NCBI GenBank assembly: GCA_017461385.1
Contig: JAFTXZ010000002.1
Span: forward strand, 38,221 to 102,220
DNA length: 64,000 bases
Direction of reading: 5' to 3'
DNA from: Clostridia bacterium
Lineage (GTDB): Bacteria > Bacillota > Clostridia > Oscillospirales > CAG-272
Positions 49,401 to 56,990 of the stretch are shown here, one piece after another. Within the stretch, counting starts at the first letter, position 1, and every line of letters begins with the position of its first letter. A model generated the notes under the pieces. That model searched no databases and had not been told where the DNA came from. It saw nothing but the letters and a program-made list of their open reading frames with translations. The translations under genes were made by a program, and so were the position numbers.

Positions 49401-51103
49401 GCTGCCTAAGATCATTCCTTGAATTCTTTGCTCTGGGAATTGTAAAGCTTCCAAGACGTGATGAAATCAATATGACACAGCTATTTGAGTATGCATACTT
49501 TAATGCCTGCACCATTGATGGTGAAAATAAGCTAACTAAGGAGCGCGCATCTGTTTTCGACGGCACGGCTCTTAGAGCTATGGAGAAAAACTATATTGCT
49601 TCAAATACAATGCTTGCTCGCGCGCAGGCTAGGTATATAGCCCATCAACTATGTGTAAGCAATAAGCACGATCCTAAATATGCATTCTTGAACAACGAGC
49701 GTCCTGTAAGAACAAACGCAAGGGTGTTCTTTAAGGAAAATGCAAAGGCAATTCTTTCCCTTGCAAGATGCGTTGTATTATCACCATATTCCGTAAGCGT
49801 ATTTATGAAGCCAAAGGAATATTTTGACTACGACGTTTTGATTGTTGATGAGGCAAGCCAGTTGCCTGCAAGAGTAATTTTACCTTGTGCAATTCGTGCA
49901 AAGCAGGTTGTGCTTGTAGGTGACCAAAATCAGATGCCACCAATCCTTTACTTTGTAAGAAAGGATAACGCATCGGCAGATGAGGATGATGAGGAGGAGT
50001 GCAACAATATTCAACAGGTTGACTCAATCCTTGACCTTGCAATTAAAAACAAATCAATTGATGCAGTGGGACTTGTATGTCACTATCGTAGTAACAACGA
50101 GAGCCTTATTGCATATTCTCAAAAGAGATACTACGACGATATGACCACATTCCCAACAGCAAATCCTGAAAAGGATGGCAAGGGACTAGTTGACGTATTC
50201 GTTGACGGCGGCCACGCGGGTGGCGTAAATATGGTTGAGGCAAACAAGGTTGTTGAGCTTATCGAGAAGCATTTTGATGAGTATTATGATGAGGATGCGA
50301 AGATGCTTCGTGAATCCTTGGGCGTAGTTGTATTCGGTCAAAAGCAGCTCGCTTGTATAGATAAGCTTCTTGATAAGAGCCCTGTTAGGTCGAAAATCAA
50401 TCTCGCAAGAGCAAACACTAAGGAAAATCCCGATAAAACCTACTTTATCACAGCAGTTGATGGGGTACAGGGTCAGGAAATCGAGCATTTGATTATTTCC
50501 TTAACATACTGTAAGAGAGACGCTCACGGAGTGGTTAAGCAGAGCTTTGGTATGCTTAACAGAGTAGGAAACGGCGAAAGACTTGGTGAAAGAATATTCA
50601 ACGTTGCCGTAACGCGTGCAATTAAATCCTTGTCCTTTGTACATTCAGTTCATTCCTACGAGATTACAAAGCCATCTCTTTCACACCTTCGTGAATATCT
50701 CGAAATGCTGGAGGCGCTTGGTAACAAAAACGAGGATACAGCACCTAAGTTTGTATCTAATATGGATAAGGTCGACCAATTTGCACTCAGCGTTCAAGCT
50801 GAAATTTCAAAGCTAATTTCCGATAAGGAAAGAATAGTATACGGCTACGGTGTAACTGAAAAATCCTTGAGAATTCCAATTGCAATTTTATCAAAGGATA
50901 AAACACACGCGTCCTTGGCTATATTCTGTGAAACAGATATAACAGATGGTGACAGATACGTGGACAGCTGGGTAAATTACCCTGAAACTATGGAGGGACG
51001 TGGCTGGAAGCTACACAGAATGTATATTCACGACTGGTATTTTAACCACGAGGCAGAGCTAAAGGCACTTAAGAATGCCATCTCTAGCGTAAGCGAAGAA
51101 TAA
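46490..51103 (+). CDS. DUF4011 + SF1 (Upf1/DNA2-like) helicase + Vsr/MTES_1575-like C-terminal domain
   Basis: GVNSLFLSVGAIKW...PLLIFPIKL (DUF4011), KGPPGTGKT, VDEASQ, VGDQNQMPP, HYRS, VDGVQGQE, FNVAVTRA, GWKLHRMYIHDW. Confidence 0.88.
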   Translation: MNKNEVLNKYIIEFLHVEEESTNRMMDLYGTGKSSNLTIELGDTMPDQTRLYCRIARIIKERIGRPAGIALRDSSPQKGVGNFDEINILDWTISKYENADLDTKVKLLTKMANSSLAELKQKGVNSLFLSVGAIKWDVPDPDDNTRFVSITTPLLIFPIKLVRSGNAMPYCIEFVADDIRLNPCLIEKIARVYSRETADKLPLPVATEGAVNIAELDVEQYFASINTFIGESFRDARREFALQSNKIAISNFNSIDIAMYYDLINHKKELESSRMIEKLFTSVDRVDNEIIEKPLITLPADTVQEGILARAVNNDDLIIKGPPGTGKTLTIANLVASLMGAGKKVMFVSAKTSALAEVCNKLPEHLRPFVLELFCESETEAASFNVNDLIASLRKARDAEPVKDIGLLKQEIQGYQNSKKDAVRYLDAYKRFYFTDPNPFTGRAFYSTINNALVYNGNPRLREAFIGRTSRITVEDYNKMHGKVELCEANLNNITNNGEKIATLSPWYDAEIAVSPTAIEGEINDIKETLRDISEKITAFMKELGIEDKRDEISLALFSRIVEADISKDNIQRIIEGSIRPSVMQALKEKTRELVTNDLLNECFNYVVKNKITIKTDDEQGLSGLLDELGQASSNKSAKELLEIKSAIEKMNLAVSDSCDVVLDVFESYSKKDEELDEAQRALDLLVPVVGKQREARYELLNTHSQTLSKYSKKDMKKFSLFEGKAKKAYEEISRLPIGKVPTINEVTKACEIFDGFKVIEAEKKQIFTRFVEMFGDEVTEKDVASVEEFISGCESREEKKKLLRSLLEESRLVEETLGLVTSPLERVSEELKCKTADELADVVLGAIERAKIEKLYETACKELGLVGMDELVSLETPETIICIKELSEYIVLNDTRATAIFEFIKQRDDVGKGLIKLERMAMKYGLNPIYRSISKLTLVDIDRFVEDIGDARISNACLQLKATMDEDNIGCLRSFLEFFALGIVKLPRRDEINMTQLFEYAYFNACTIDGENKLTKERASVFDGTALRAMEKNYIASNTMLARAQARYIAHQLCVSNKHDPKYAFLNNERPVRTNARVFFKENAKAILSLARCVVLSPYSVSVFMKPKEYFDYDVLIVDEASQLPARVILPCAIRAKQVVLVGDQNQMPPILYFVRKDNASADEDDEEECNNIQQVDSILDLAIKNKSIDAVGLVCHYRSNNESLIAYSQKRYYDDMTTFPTANPEKDGKGLVDVFVDGGHAGGVNMVEANKVVELIEKHFDEYYDEDAKMLRESLGVVVFGQKQLACIDKLLDKSPVRSKINLARANTKENPDKTYFITAVDGVQGQEIEHLIISLTYCKRDAHGVVKQSFGMLNRVGNGERLGERIFNVAVTRAIKSLSFVHSVHSYEITKPSLSHLREYLEMLEALGNKNEDTAPKFVSNMDKVDQFALSVQAEISKLISDKERIVYGYGVTEKSLRIPIAILSKDKTHASLAIFCETDITDGDRYVDSWVNYPETMEGRGWKLHRMYIHDWYFNHEAELKALKNAISSVSEE

Positions 51104-51117
51104 GAGGAGACAATAGA

Positions 51118-51873
51118 ATGAAGAAGAACGAAAAAATGATTCTTGGCAACCCTGAAAGCAACAGCAGTAGCAGAGTAAGGGTTAGCGAAAAGGAAATGCT
51201 TAAGGCTAGTATTGAGCTTAAGGAGCAGGAAACCAATAAAAAGCTTATAGAGCTAGCAGAAAACCTTAAAAAGGTTCAAAATTCTAAAAGCACAAACAAG
51301 CAGGTTGTTGTAGAAACACTTTCTCAAACAATCAACCTTATAGCTCAATTTAAGGACGTTATCCTTGAAATTAAGGCGCTTGAGCTTGCTTTTGAGGCAA
51401 TAGCTGATACTTTCTCAATTGTTGACGACGTATTTCAGGTTATCGACCTAATTATGAATCAACAAATTGCACAGGATACAGGTGCATTCTCTGGCTTAAG
51501 AGCTAGAATGAACGTAAATAAGATGGCAAGATCCATCAAGAGACGCTTCTCAAAGATGCAAAATACCTTTATGGTAATTCCAAAAATGATGGGAATTATG
51601 GGAGGCTTCAATAATATTCTTGGCAAATCCATGGGTAAGATGAGCAAGAAGAATAAGCAAAGCGCTCAAAGAGACGGCAGAGAGTTTTCAGGTGGACTTA
51701 CTCCTGAGGCTATCGAAATGCTCAAGGAGCAGGGCGTTGATATGGAGCAGGGCGAGAGCTCTGGCTCTGGCGCAAGCTCTGGAGGAAATGGTGGCACTCC
51801 GGGTGGAGGACAGGGTGGTTCAAGCTCTGGCGCATCTGACAACGGTGGAAGCAACCCATTTGACGGTATTTAA
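51118..51873 (+). CDS. Helical/coiled-coil protein with Gly/Ser-rich tail
   Basis: Long amphipathic helices, Met-rich basic segment, tail SSGGNGGTPGGGQGG...NPFDGI; GAGGAG RBS. Confidence 0.78.
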   Translation: MKKNEKMILGNPESNSSSRVRVSEKEMLKASIELKEQETNKKLIELAENLKKVQNSKSTNKQVVVETLSQTINLIAQFKDVILEIKALELAFEAIADTFSIVDDVFQVIDLIMNQQIAQDTGAFSGLRARMNVNKMARSIKRRFSKMQNTFMVIPKMMGIMGGFNNILGKSMGKMSKKNKQSAQRDGREFSGGLTPEAIEMLKEQGVDMEQGESSGSGASSGGNGGTPGGGQGGSSSGASDNGGSNPFDGI

Positions 51874-51877
51874 TTTG

Positions 51878-51911
51878 TATGCTATGCGCGAGCCAGCTTG
51901 TGCATAGCATA
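51878..51911 (+). other. Intra-operon 16-bp stem-loop without U tract
   Basis: TATGCTATGCGCGAGC-CA-GCTTGTGCATAGCATA (with G-U pairs). Confidence 0.6.
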
Positions 51912-51944
51912 GTCCAAAAGCTATAAAGAAATGGAGATATAATA

Positions 51945-53174
51945 ATGGGAAAGGTAAATAGAGGAGATATCGATAATAACGATAACGGTATCGATCCAAG
52001 AAAGTCCGCAAACGACGCTGCAAATCAAGACCTTCAGGCAAATATTGAGGAATGCTATAGATTGCGTGATGCCATAAAGGCTCAAAGAGCTAAGGATAGC
52101 AAGAATATGACTCAAGAGCAAAAGATGGAGCTAAGAAAGCTCTATAACAAGCTTTTGCGTACAGCTAAAAAGGTAGTTGACCAAGCGCAGGACGAGGCTA
52201 CGATTAAGCTATTCAAGGGATTGATGGATACAGCCAGCTCAAGAGCAAAGGAATACGGCTCTGCTATTGTTGGTGAAGCTCCAAAGACAAGAATGGAGGA
52301 CATCAAGGGACTTGATAACGTAAAGGAGCTTGTAACAAGCTTCCTGTTTATGCTTAAGCACCCAGATGTAGTTAAGTACTATAACATTGAGGGTGGCTGC
52401 AATATGCTTATGTATGGCGCACCTGGTACAGGTAAGAGTATGTTTGCTGAAGCAGTTGCAAACGAAATGGGCTTACCAATCTTTAAGGTTACCCCTGCGG
52501 ACATTTTTAAGCCCTATGTAGGTGAGTCCGAGGCTTCAATCAGAGAGCTATTTGCAGAGCTTGACACCTGTGATGAGGGTGCAGTTTTGTTCATAGATGA
52601 GTGCGAATCAATATTCAGTGCAAGAAAGCAGGATACACAGGACTACAAGGCAGGCGTAACAACTGAGCTTTTGCAGGCAATGAACGGATTTGGTGTTGAT
52701 AGACGTAGAATTATTACAATCGCTGCAACAAACTGTCCAGAGCAGATTGACCCTGCATACCTACGTTATAAGCGTTTCTCACATATCGTACACGTAACTC
52801 CTCCGGACGAAACTGCTATTGAGGCGATTGTTAGAGGAAAGCTAAGACATACAAAGAAGGGAGAAATGGCAGAGGAACCACACAAAAGACCTCTTAAGCT
52901 TGCAGACGACGTATCTATCAGATACATAGTTGATCAGCTAATGGCAAGAGAGGAAATTGTAAATGGTGTACCAAGCTATTACTATACCCCTGCTGATGTA
53001 AACGGTATCGTGGAGGAGGCTTGTCGTTTGGCTCTTGTTCAGGTTGAAAGAAACAACACAGGCGAGACAATTCCACTAACCAGAGAAATGTTTGACAAGG
53101 CGTTTAAGAAGGTTCCACCAAGCGTAAGTCGTGCAAAGTTTGACGAACTTGATAGCTTTAGAAAGGAAGACTAA
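51945..53174 (+). CDS. Single-domain classical AAA+ ATPase (Cdc48/Vps4-like) with helical, possibly MIT-like, N-terminus
   Basis: YGAPGTGKS, pore loop PYVGESE, FIDECES, AATNCPEQIDPAYLRYKRF, C-terminal FDKAFKKVPPSVS helix. Confidence 0.9.
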   Translation: MGKVNRGDIDNNDNGIDPRKSANDAANQDLQANIEECYRLRDAIKAQRAKDSKNMTQEQKMELRKLYNKLLRTAKKVVDQAQDEATIKLFKGLMDTASSRAKEYGSAIVGEAPKTRMEDIKGLDNVKELVTSFLFMLKHPDVVKYYNIEGGCNMLMYGAPGTGKSMFAEAVANEMGLPIFKVTPADIFKPYVGESEASIRELFAELDTCDEGAVLFIDECESIFSARKQDTQDYKAGVTTELLQAMNGFGVDRRRIITIAATNCPEQIDPAYLRYKRFSHIVHVTPPDETAIEAIVRGKLRHTKKGEMAEEPHKRPLKLADDVSIRYIVDQLMAREEIVNGVPSYYYTPADVNGIVEEACRLALVQVERNNTGETIPLTREMFDKAFKKVPPSVSRAKFDELDSFRKED

Positions 53175-53186
53175 GCTTCGCTTTTT

Positions 53187-53223
53187 AGGAGTAAAGGCAA
53201 TTGTGCCTTTGCTCCTTTTTTTT
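53187..53223 (+). terminator. Intrinsic terminator ending the 10-gene operon
   Basis: AGGAGTAAAGGCA-ATTG-TGCCTTTGCTCCT followed by a T run. Confidence 0.85.
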
Positions 53224-53556
53224 ATTCAAAGGAGCAAAGCTTGTTTTTAATATTAACAAGGTTAAAACAGACACTCTGTCCAGTTTTTTTGAATTAAGCT
53301 ACGCTTTTGAAGGAGAAGCGCTGACTACGCTTGCTTAATTGACAACTTGTTTACAAAAAAGACACAAATCTCTATTTCTTGCGATTTTTTTCTAAAAAAT
53401 GTTGATAAAAACAACAAGCTAAAATTCAATTCTGTGTGGAAAAATAGACACTCTATCAAGGATTTTTCAAAAAACTCTCATAAGATGGTAGCTTTTGCCA
53501 AGAAAAACAATTTCTTTGCGCGAGGTATTTCAAGAATTTAGTTGAAATTATCCTAC

Positions 53557-53585
53557 TTGACAAGCAAAATCTTTTTGTATATAAT
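53557..53585 (+). promoter_or_regulatory. Consensus sigma-A promoter of the MoxR-vWA operon
   Basis: TTGACA-17 bp-TATAAT. Confidence 0.8.
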
Positions 53586-53644
53586 GTTATATATTATAAA
53601 ATAATGCTAAGGTTAGTAATTATTATTTGACAAAAGGATACAAA

Positions 53645-55069
53645 ATGGATAAGGAATTTTTAAGGATTAAGCAGAGGGCTAAGCTTCTTTTGATAATCAA
53701 TGCTTGCGTTTTCGGAATAATCGCAGGCTTGGTCGGCTTAGGACTCCCTCTTTTGCTTATGAAGCTGATTACCAATAGCTTCAATATGGTAGTGTGCGTT
53801 GTCTGCTTGCTTTCTTGCTTGCTTGTAACTGCATCCTTGATATTGATCATTGGCTGGCCAAGAAATGCGACTCTTGCAAAAAGCCTTGATAGTAAAATTT
53901 CAAGAGAGCGTGTACAGACCATGCTTTTTTTCAAGGACAAGGATTTACCAATTTATAATCTACATAAGGAAAAAACCGCTGAAATGCTATCAGCATTGCC
54001 ACCACAGGGATTAAGCCTAAAATGTATTGTTACTATGGTAATCGCAGGCGTGCTTAGCGTGGCACTTGCTGTAACAGCTCTTGCAATTCCGCTTAAGCCT
54101 GTAGTTAACGATGATGATACAACGACCGATGAGGTGTTTGTGTTTACAGAATGGCAGAAGGAAAGACTGAAGGCGCTTATTGCTTACGTTGATAATTCAA
54201 GCATTGTGACAAATGCAAAGACAACTGCTCTGAAGGAGCTAAACGACCTTTACGAGGAGCTTTTTACTGTAACAACAAGACCTGATATGGTAAAGGCAGT
54301 TACCGATTGTATGGTGGTAATTGATGACAAAATTGAGGAAATAAATGTATATGAGGAGATTATGGGAGCGCTCATAGCTGAGAGCGAAAGCGTAATGTCC
54401 TTAGCAAAGGCACTTGGAAAGGTTACTGAAATTCCAAACAAGGATACATATAGAGTACTTCTTGAGGATTACCTAACAAAGGAGCCGGAATACTTCAGTA
54501 ATCTTGCAAACGGTATTATGCTGGCAGGACTAAGGGCAACCGCCTATAAGGATTCGGCAATCTTTAAGTCTGTTGCACAAATGCAAGACGCATTTACTAA
54601 GCTTGCAGGCGCACTGACAGGCGTTAGTGATGAGGAGGCAAGGGCGCTTCTTATTAACGCAACAATGGACGCTTCAGTTGAATTGGTTTTTGAAGCCTCA
54701 AGTCAGGAAGCGACCAACAGAACCGTTGGCGATACAATTATTTCAGAGCTTATGTTTATATTCGATATCAAGAGAGCTGAGCTTCCAGAAACTATTCTGG
54801 ATAACGGCGTTTCTTATGAGGATAGCAGTGGCAACTACGAGGAGAAAGAGGATGACAAGCTTTCCGATGGTGGTGGTGGCCGTGATGAGCTAAACTTTGG
54901 AAGCGATGATGAGGTTTACGACCCCGACCAGCAGGCAAGGGTAAAATACAAGGAAATTTTTGTAAAATACAGAAATATGAAGAATGAAAAGGTGAATGAG
55001 GGCTCACTGCCTGAGGAGTACTCAAAAATGATTGATGAATACTTCACCTCGTTATATACAGGCGACTAA
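53645..55069 (+). CDS. Membrane protein (3 TM plus helical domain) typical of MoxR-vWA operons
   Basis: Three TM segments; C-terminal LPEEYSKMIDEYFTSL motif; start ATG 53645. Confidence 0.75.
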   Translation: MDKEFLRIKQRAKLLLIINACVFGIIAGLVGLGLPLLLMKLITNSFNMVVCVVCLLSCLLVTASLILIIGWPRNATLAKSLDSKISRERVQTMLFFKDKDLPIYNLHKEKTAEMLSALPPQGLSLKCIVTMVIAGVLSVALAVTALAIPLKPVVNDDDTTTDEVFVFTEWQKERLKALIAYVDNSSIVTNAKTTALKELNDLYEELFTVTTRPDMVKAVTDCMVVIDDKIEEINVYEEIMGALIAESESVMSLAKALGKVTEIPNKDTYRVLLEDYLTKEPEYFSNLANGIMLAGLRATAYKDSAIFKSVAQMQDAFTKLAGALTGVSDEEARALLINATMDASVELVFEASSQEATNRTVGDTIISELMFIFDIKRAELPETILDNGVSYEDSSGNYEEKEDDKLSDGGGGRDELNFGSDDEVYDPDQQARVKYKEIFVKYRNMKNEKVNEGSLPEEYSKMIDEYFTSLYTGD

Positions 55070-55092
55070 ATTAAAAGGTAAAGGAAGCTATT

Positions 55093-56103
55093 ATGGAAAA
55101 TATAGAATTGAATGAAATTGAAGCAGGCATCGTTCAAAGCGTTGCACAATTTAGCAAGAGTGTTGCTCAAATCAAGACAGAGCTTGCAAGGGACGTTGTA
55201 GGACAAGAGGAAATAGTTGACAATGTAGTAATCGCGATTATCGCAGGTGGTAACGTATTGCTCGAGGGAGTACCAGGTGTAGGTAAAACCCGTCTTGTTC
55301 GTTCACTTAGCAGAGTATTGAAGCTCCCATTCTCACGTATTCAGTTTACACCTGACCTTATGCCATCAGACGTAACAGGTGCAAATGTAGTCGAAAAGGA
55401 TGCAGAGGGAAGGCTTTCAACCATTTTCCGTGAGGGACCAATTTTTGCAAACCTAGTGCTGGCAGACGAAATCAACCGTGCTACTCCAAAGACTCAATCA
55501 GCTATGCTTGAGGTAATGCAGGAGCATAAGGTAACAGTAGGTAAAAGCACGTACCCAATTAACGAGCCATTTTTCGTTCTCGCAACTGAAAACCCAATTG
55601 AGCAGGATGGTACATACCCCCTACCAGAGGCGCAGATGGACCGCTTTATGTTCAAGCTAATAATGGAGTACCCATCAGATGCTGAGCTTAGAAACATCGT
55701 TAAGATGACACAAAAGACAATGGCAGAAACTGCCGAGGGCGTTGTTGACGGAGCAAAAATTCTTGAAATGAGAGCTCTTGCTTCTCAGGTTCCTGTAATA
55801 GATGAGGTTATCGATTATGCAGTAAGCCTTGTTTCAGGCACACACCCAGAGCTTGAGCAAGCATCAAGCACAGCCAAGAAGTACATAAAGTACGGTGCAT
55901 CACCACGTGCCGCACAGGCTCTTATTACTGCTGCTAAGGTAAGAGCGCTAATCAACGGCAACCTAAATGTGGCTTATGAGGATATTGCAGCTCTTGCAAA
56001 GCCAGTACTTCGCCACAGAATAAAGGTAAATTATACAGCTATCAACGAGCATCTTGATACAGATGCAGTAATTGAACTACTACTAAAGGAAATCAAAAAA
56101 TAA
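55093..56103 (+). CDS. moxR: MoxR-family AAA+ ATPase
   Basis: LEGVPGVGKT, RIQFTPDLMPSDVTG, LADEINRATPKTQSAMLE, ATENPIEQDGTYPLPEAQMDRF, GASPRA. Confidence 0.95.
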   Translation: MENIELNEIEAGIVQSVAQFSKSVAQIKTELARDVVGQEEIVDNVVIAIIAGGNVLLEGVPGVGKTRLVRSLSRVLKLPFSRIQFTPDLMPSDVTGANVVEKDAEGRLSTIFREGPIFANLVLADEINRATPKTQSAMLEVMQEHKVTVGKSTYPINEPFFVLATENPIEQDGTYPLPEAQMDRFMFKLIMEYPSDAELRNIVKMTQKTMAETAEGVVDGAKILEMRALASQVPVIDEVIDYAVSLVSGTHPELEQASSTAKKYIKYGASPRAAQALITAAKVRALINGNLNVAYEDIAALAKPVLRHRIKVNYTAINEHLDTDAVIELLLKEIKK

Positions 56104-56105
56104 TA

Positions 56106-56990
56106 ATGAGTAAGCTAATCGTAAGTGAGGAATTCCTTTCACAGATTGAGCTACTCCAAATGATGATAAAGAATAACGTTGCTGGACAGTTTGGAGGAAA
56201 TCACCGTAGTAAAACCTACGGCTCGTCCTGCGAATTTGTCGACCATAGAGACTACATGGAGGGAGACGACATTTCAAAGATAAATTGGAATGCCTACGCC
56301 CGCTTTGACAAGCTATATCTGAAGCTATTCTTAGACGAAAGACAGATGCATACAAGAATTTACATTGATGCAAGTCGCTCTATGCAATACGGGGATAGCA
56401 AAAAGGCAGAGCAGGCTATTAAGGTTGCAGCAACGCTAGCATATCTTTCGGTTTGTGAAATGGATAAGGTTTCCGTCTATGCTATTACAGGTGGCAGGGT
56501 TGAGGAAATCATAAGTGGCATGGTAGGAAAAGAAAGCTACCTTGCCTCAATAAATAAGCTAAACGACATAGTATTTGAGGGCGAAAGTCGTATCAGTGAG
56601 GCAATTTTGCCATCACGTGTTGGATATGGCGACGGTATGTCCGTAATTATCTCAGACTTCTTGACAGATGAGGATTACGAAAGGGCAATCGACCACTTAA
56701 GTGATAAAAAGCGTCACGTGCTGTGCGTTCAGCTTTTGTCAAAGGAGGAGCTAAATCCACAAATTCGTGGAAAGCACCATCTGTATGACTCTGAAAATAT
56801 AGAAAAAACCTATAGAAAGAATATCGACAGAGAAAGAGCAAGAGCCTATAAGGAAGCGCTAAAGTACGTAACCGATAGAATAGGCAATCATTGCGCAGCT
56901 CGTGGGGCAGATTATATTCTTGCCAGTGCAGAGGACACAATGCAACAGATATTCTTTGATAAGCTAGCTTCTAGGGAGGTACTCAAATGA
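56106..56990 (+). CDS. DUF58 domain protein (vWA-like)
   Basis: GSSCEFVDHRDYMEGDDISKINWNAYAR, IDASRSM, VIISDFL. Confidence 0.92.
   Translation: MSKLIVSEEFLSQIELLQMMIKNNVAGQFGGNHRSKTYGSSCEFVDHRDYMEGDDISKINWNAYARFDKLYLKLFLDERQMHTRIYIDASRSMQYGDSKKAEQAIKVAATLAYLSVCEMDKVSVYAITGGRVEEIISGMVGKESYLASINKLNDIVFEGESRISEAILPSRVGYGDGMSVIISDFLTDEDYERAIDHLSDKKRHVLCVQLLSKEELNPQIRGKHHLYDSENIEKTYRKNIDRERARAYKEALKYVTDRIGNHCAARGADYILASAEDTMQQIFFDKLASREVLK

Noticed and set aside
51945-53174. Firm assignment as FtsH or Vps4
   Set aside because: No TM or protease domain for FtsH; Arg-finger spacing is not the Vps4 RRRF signature, so it is left as a hypothesis
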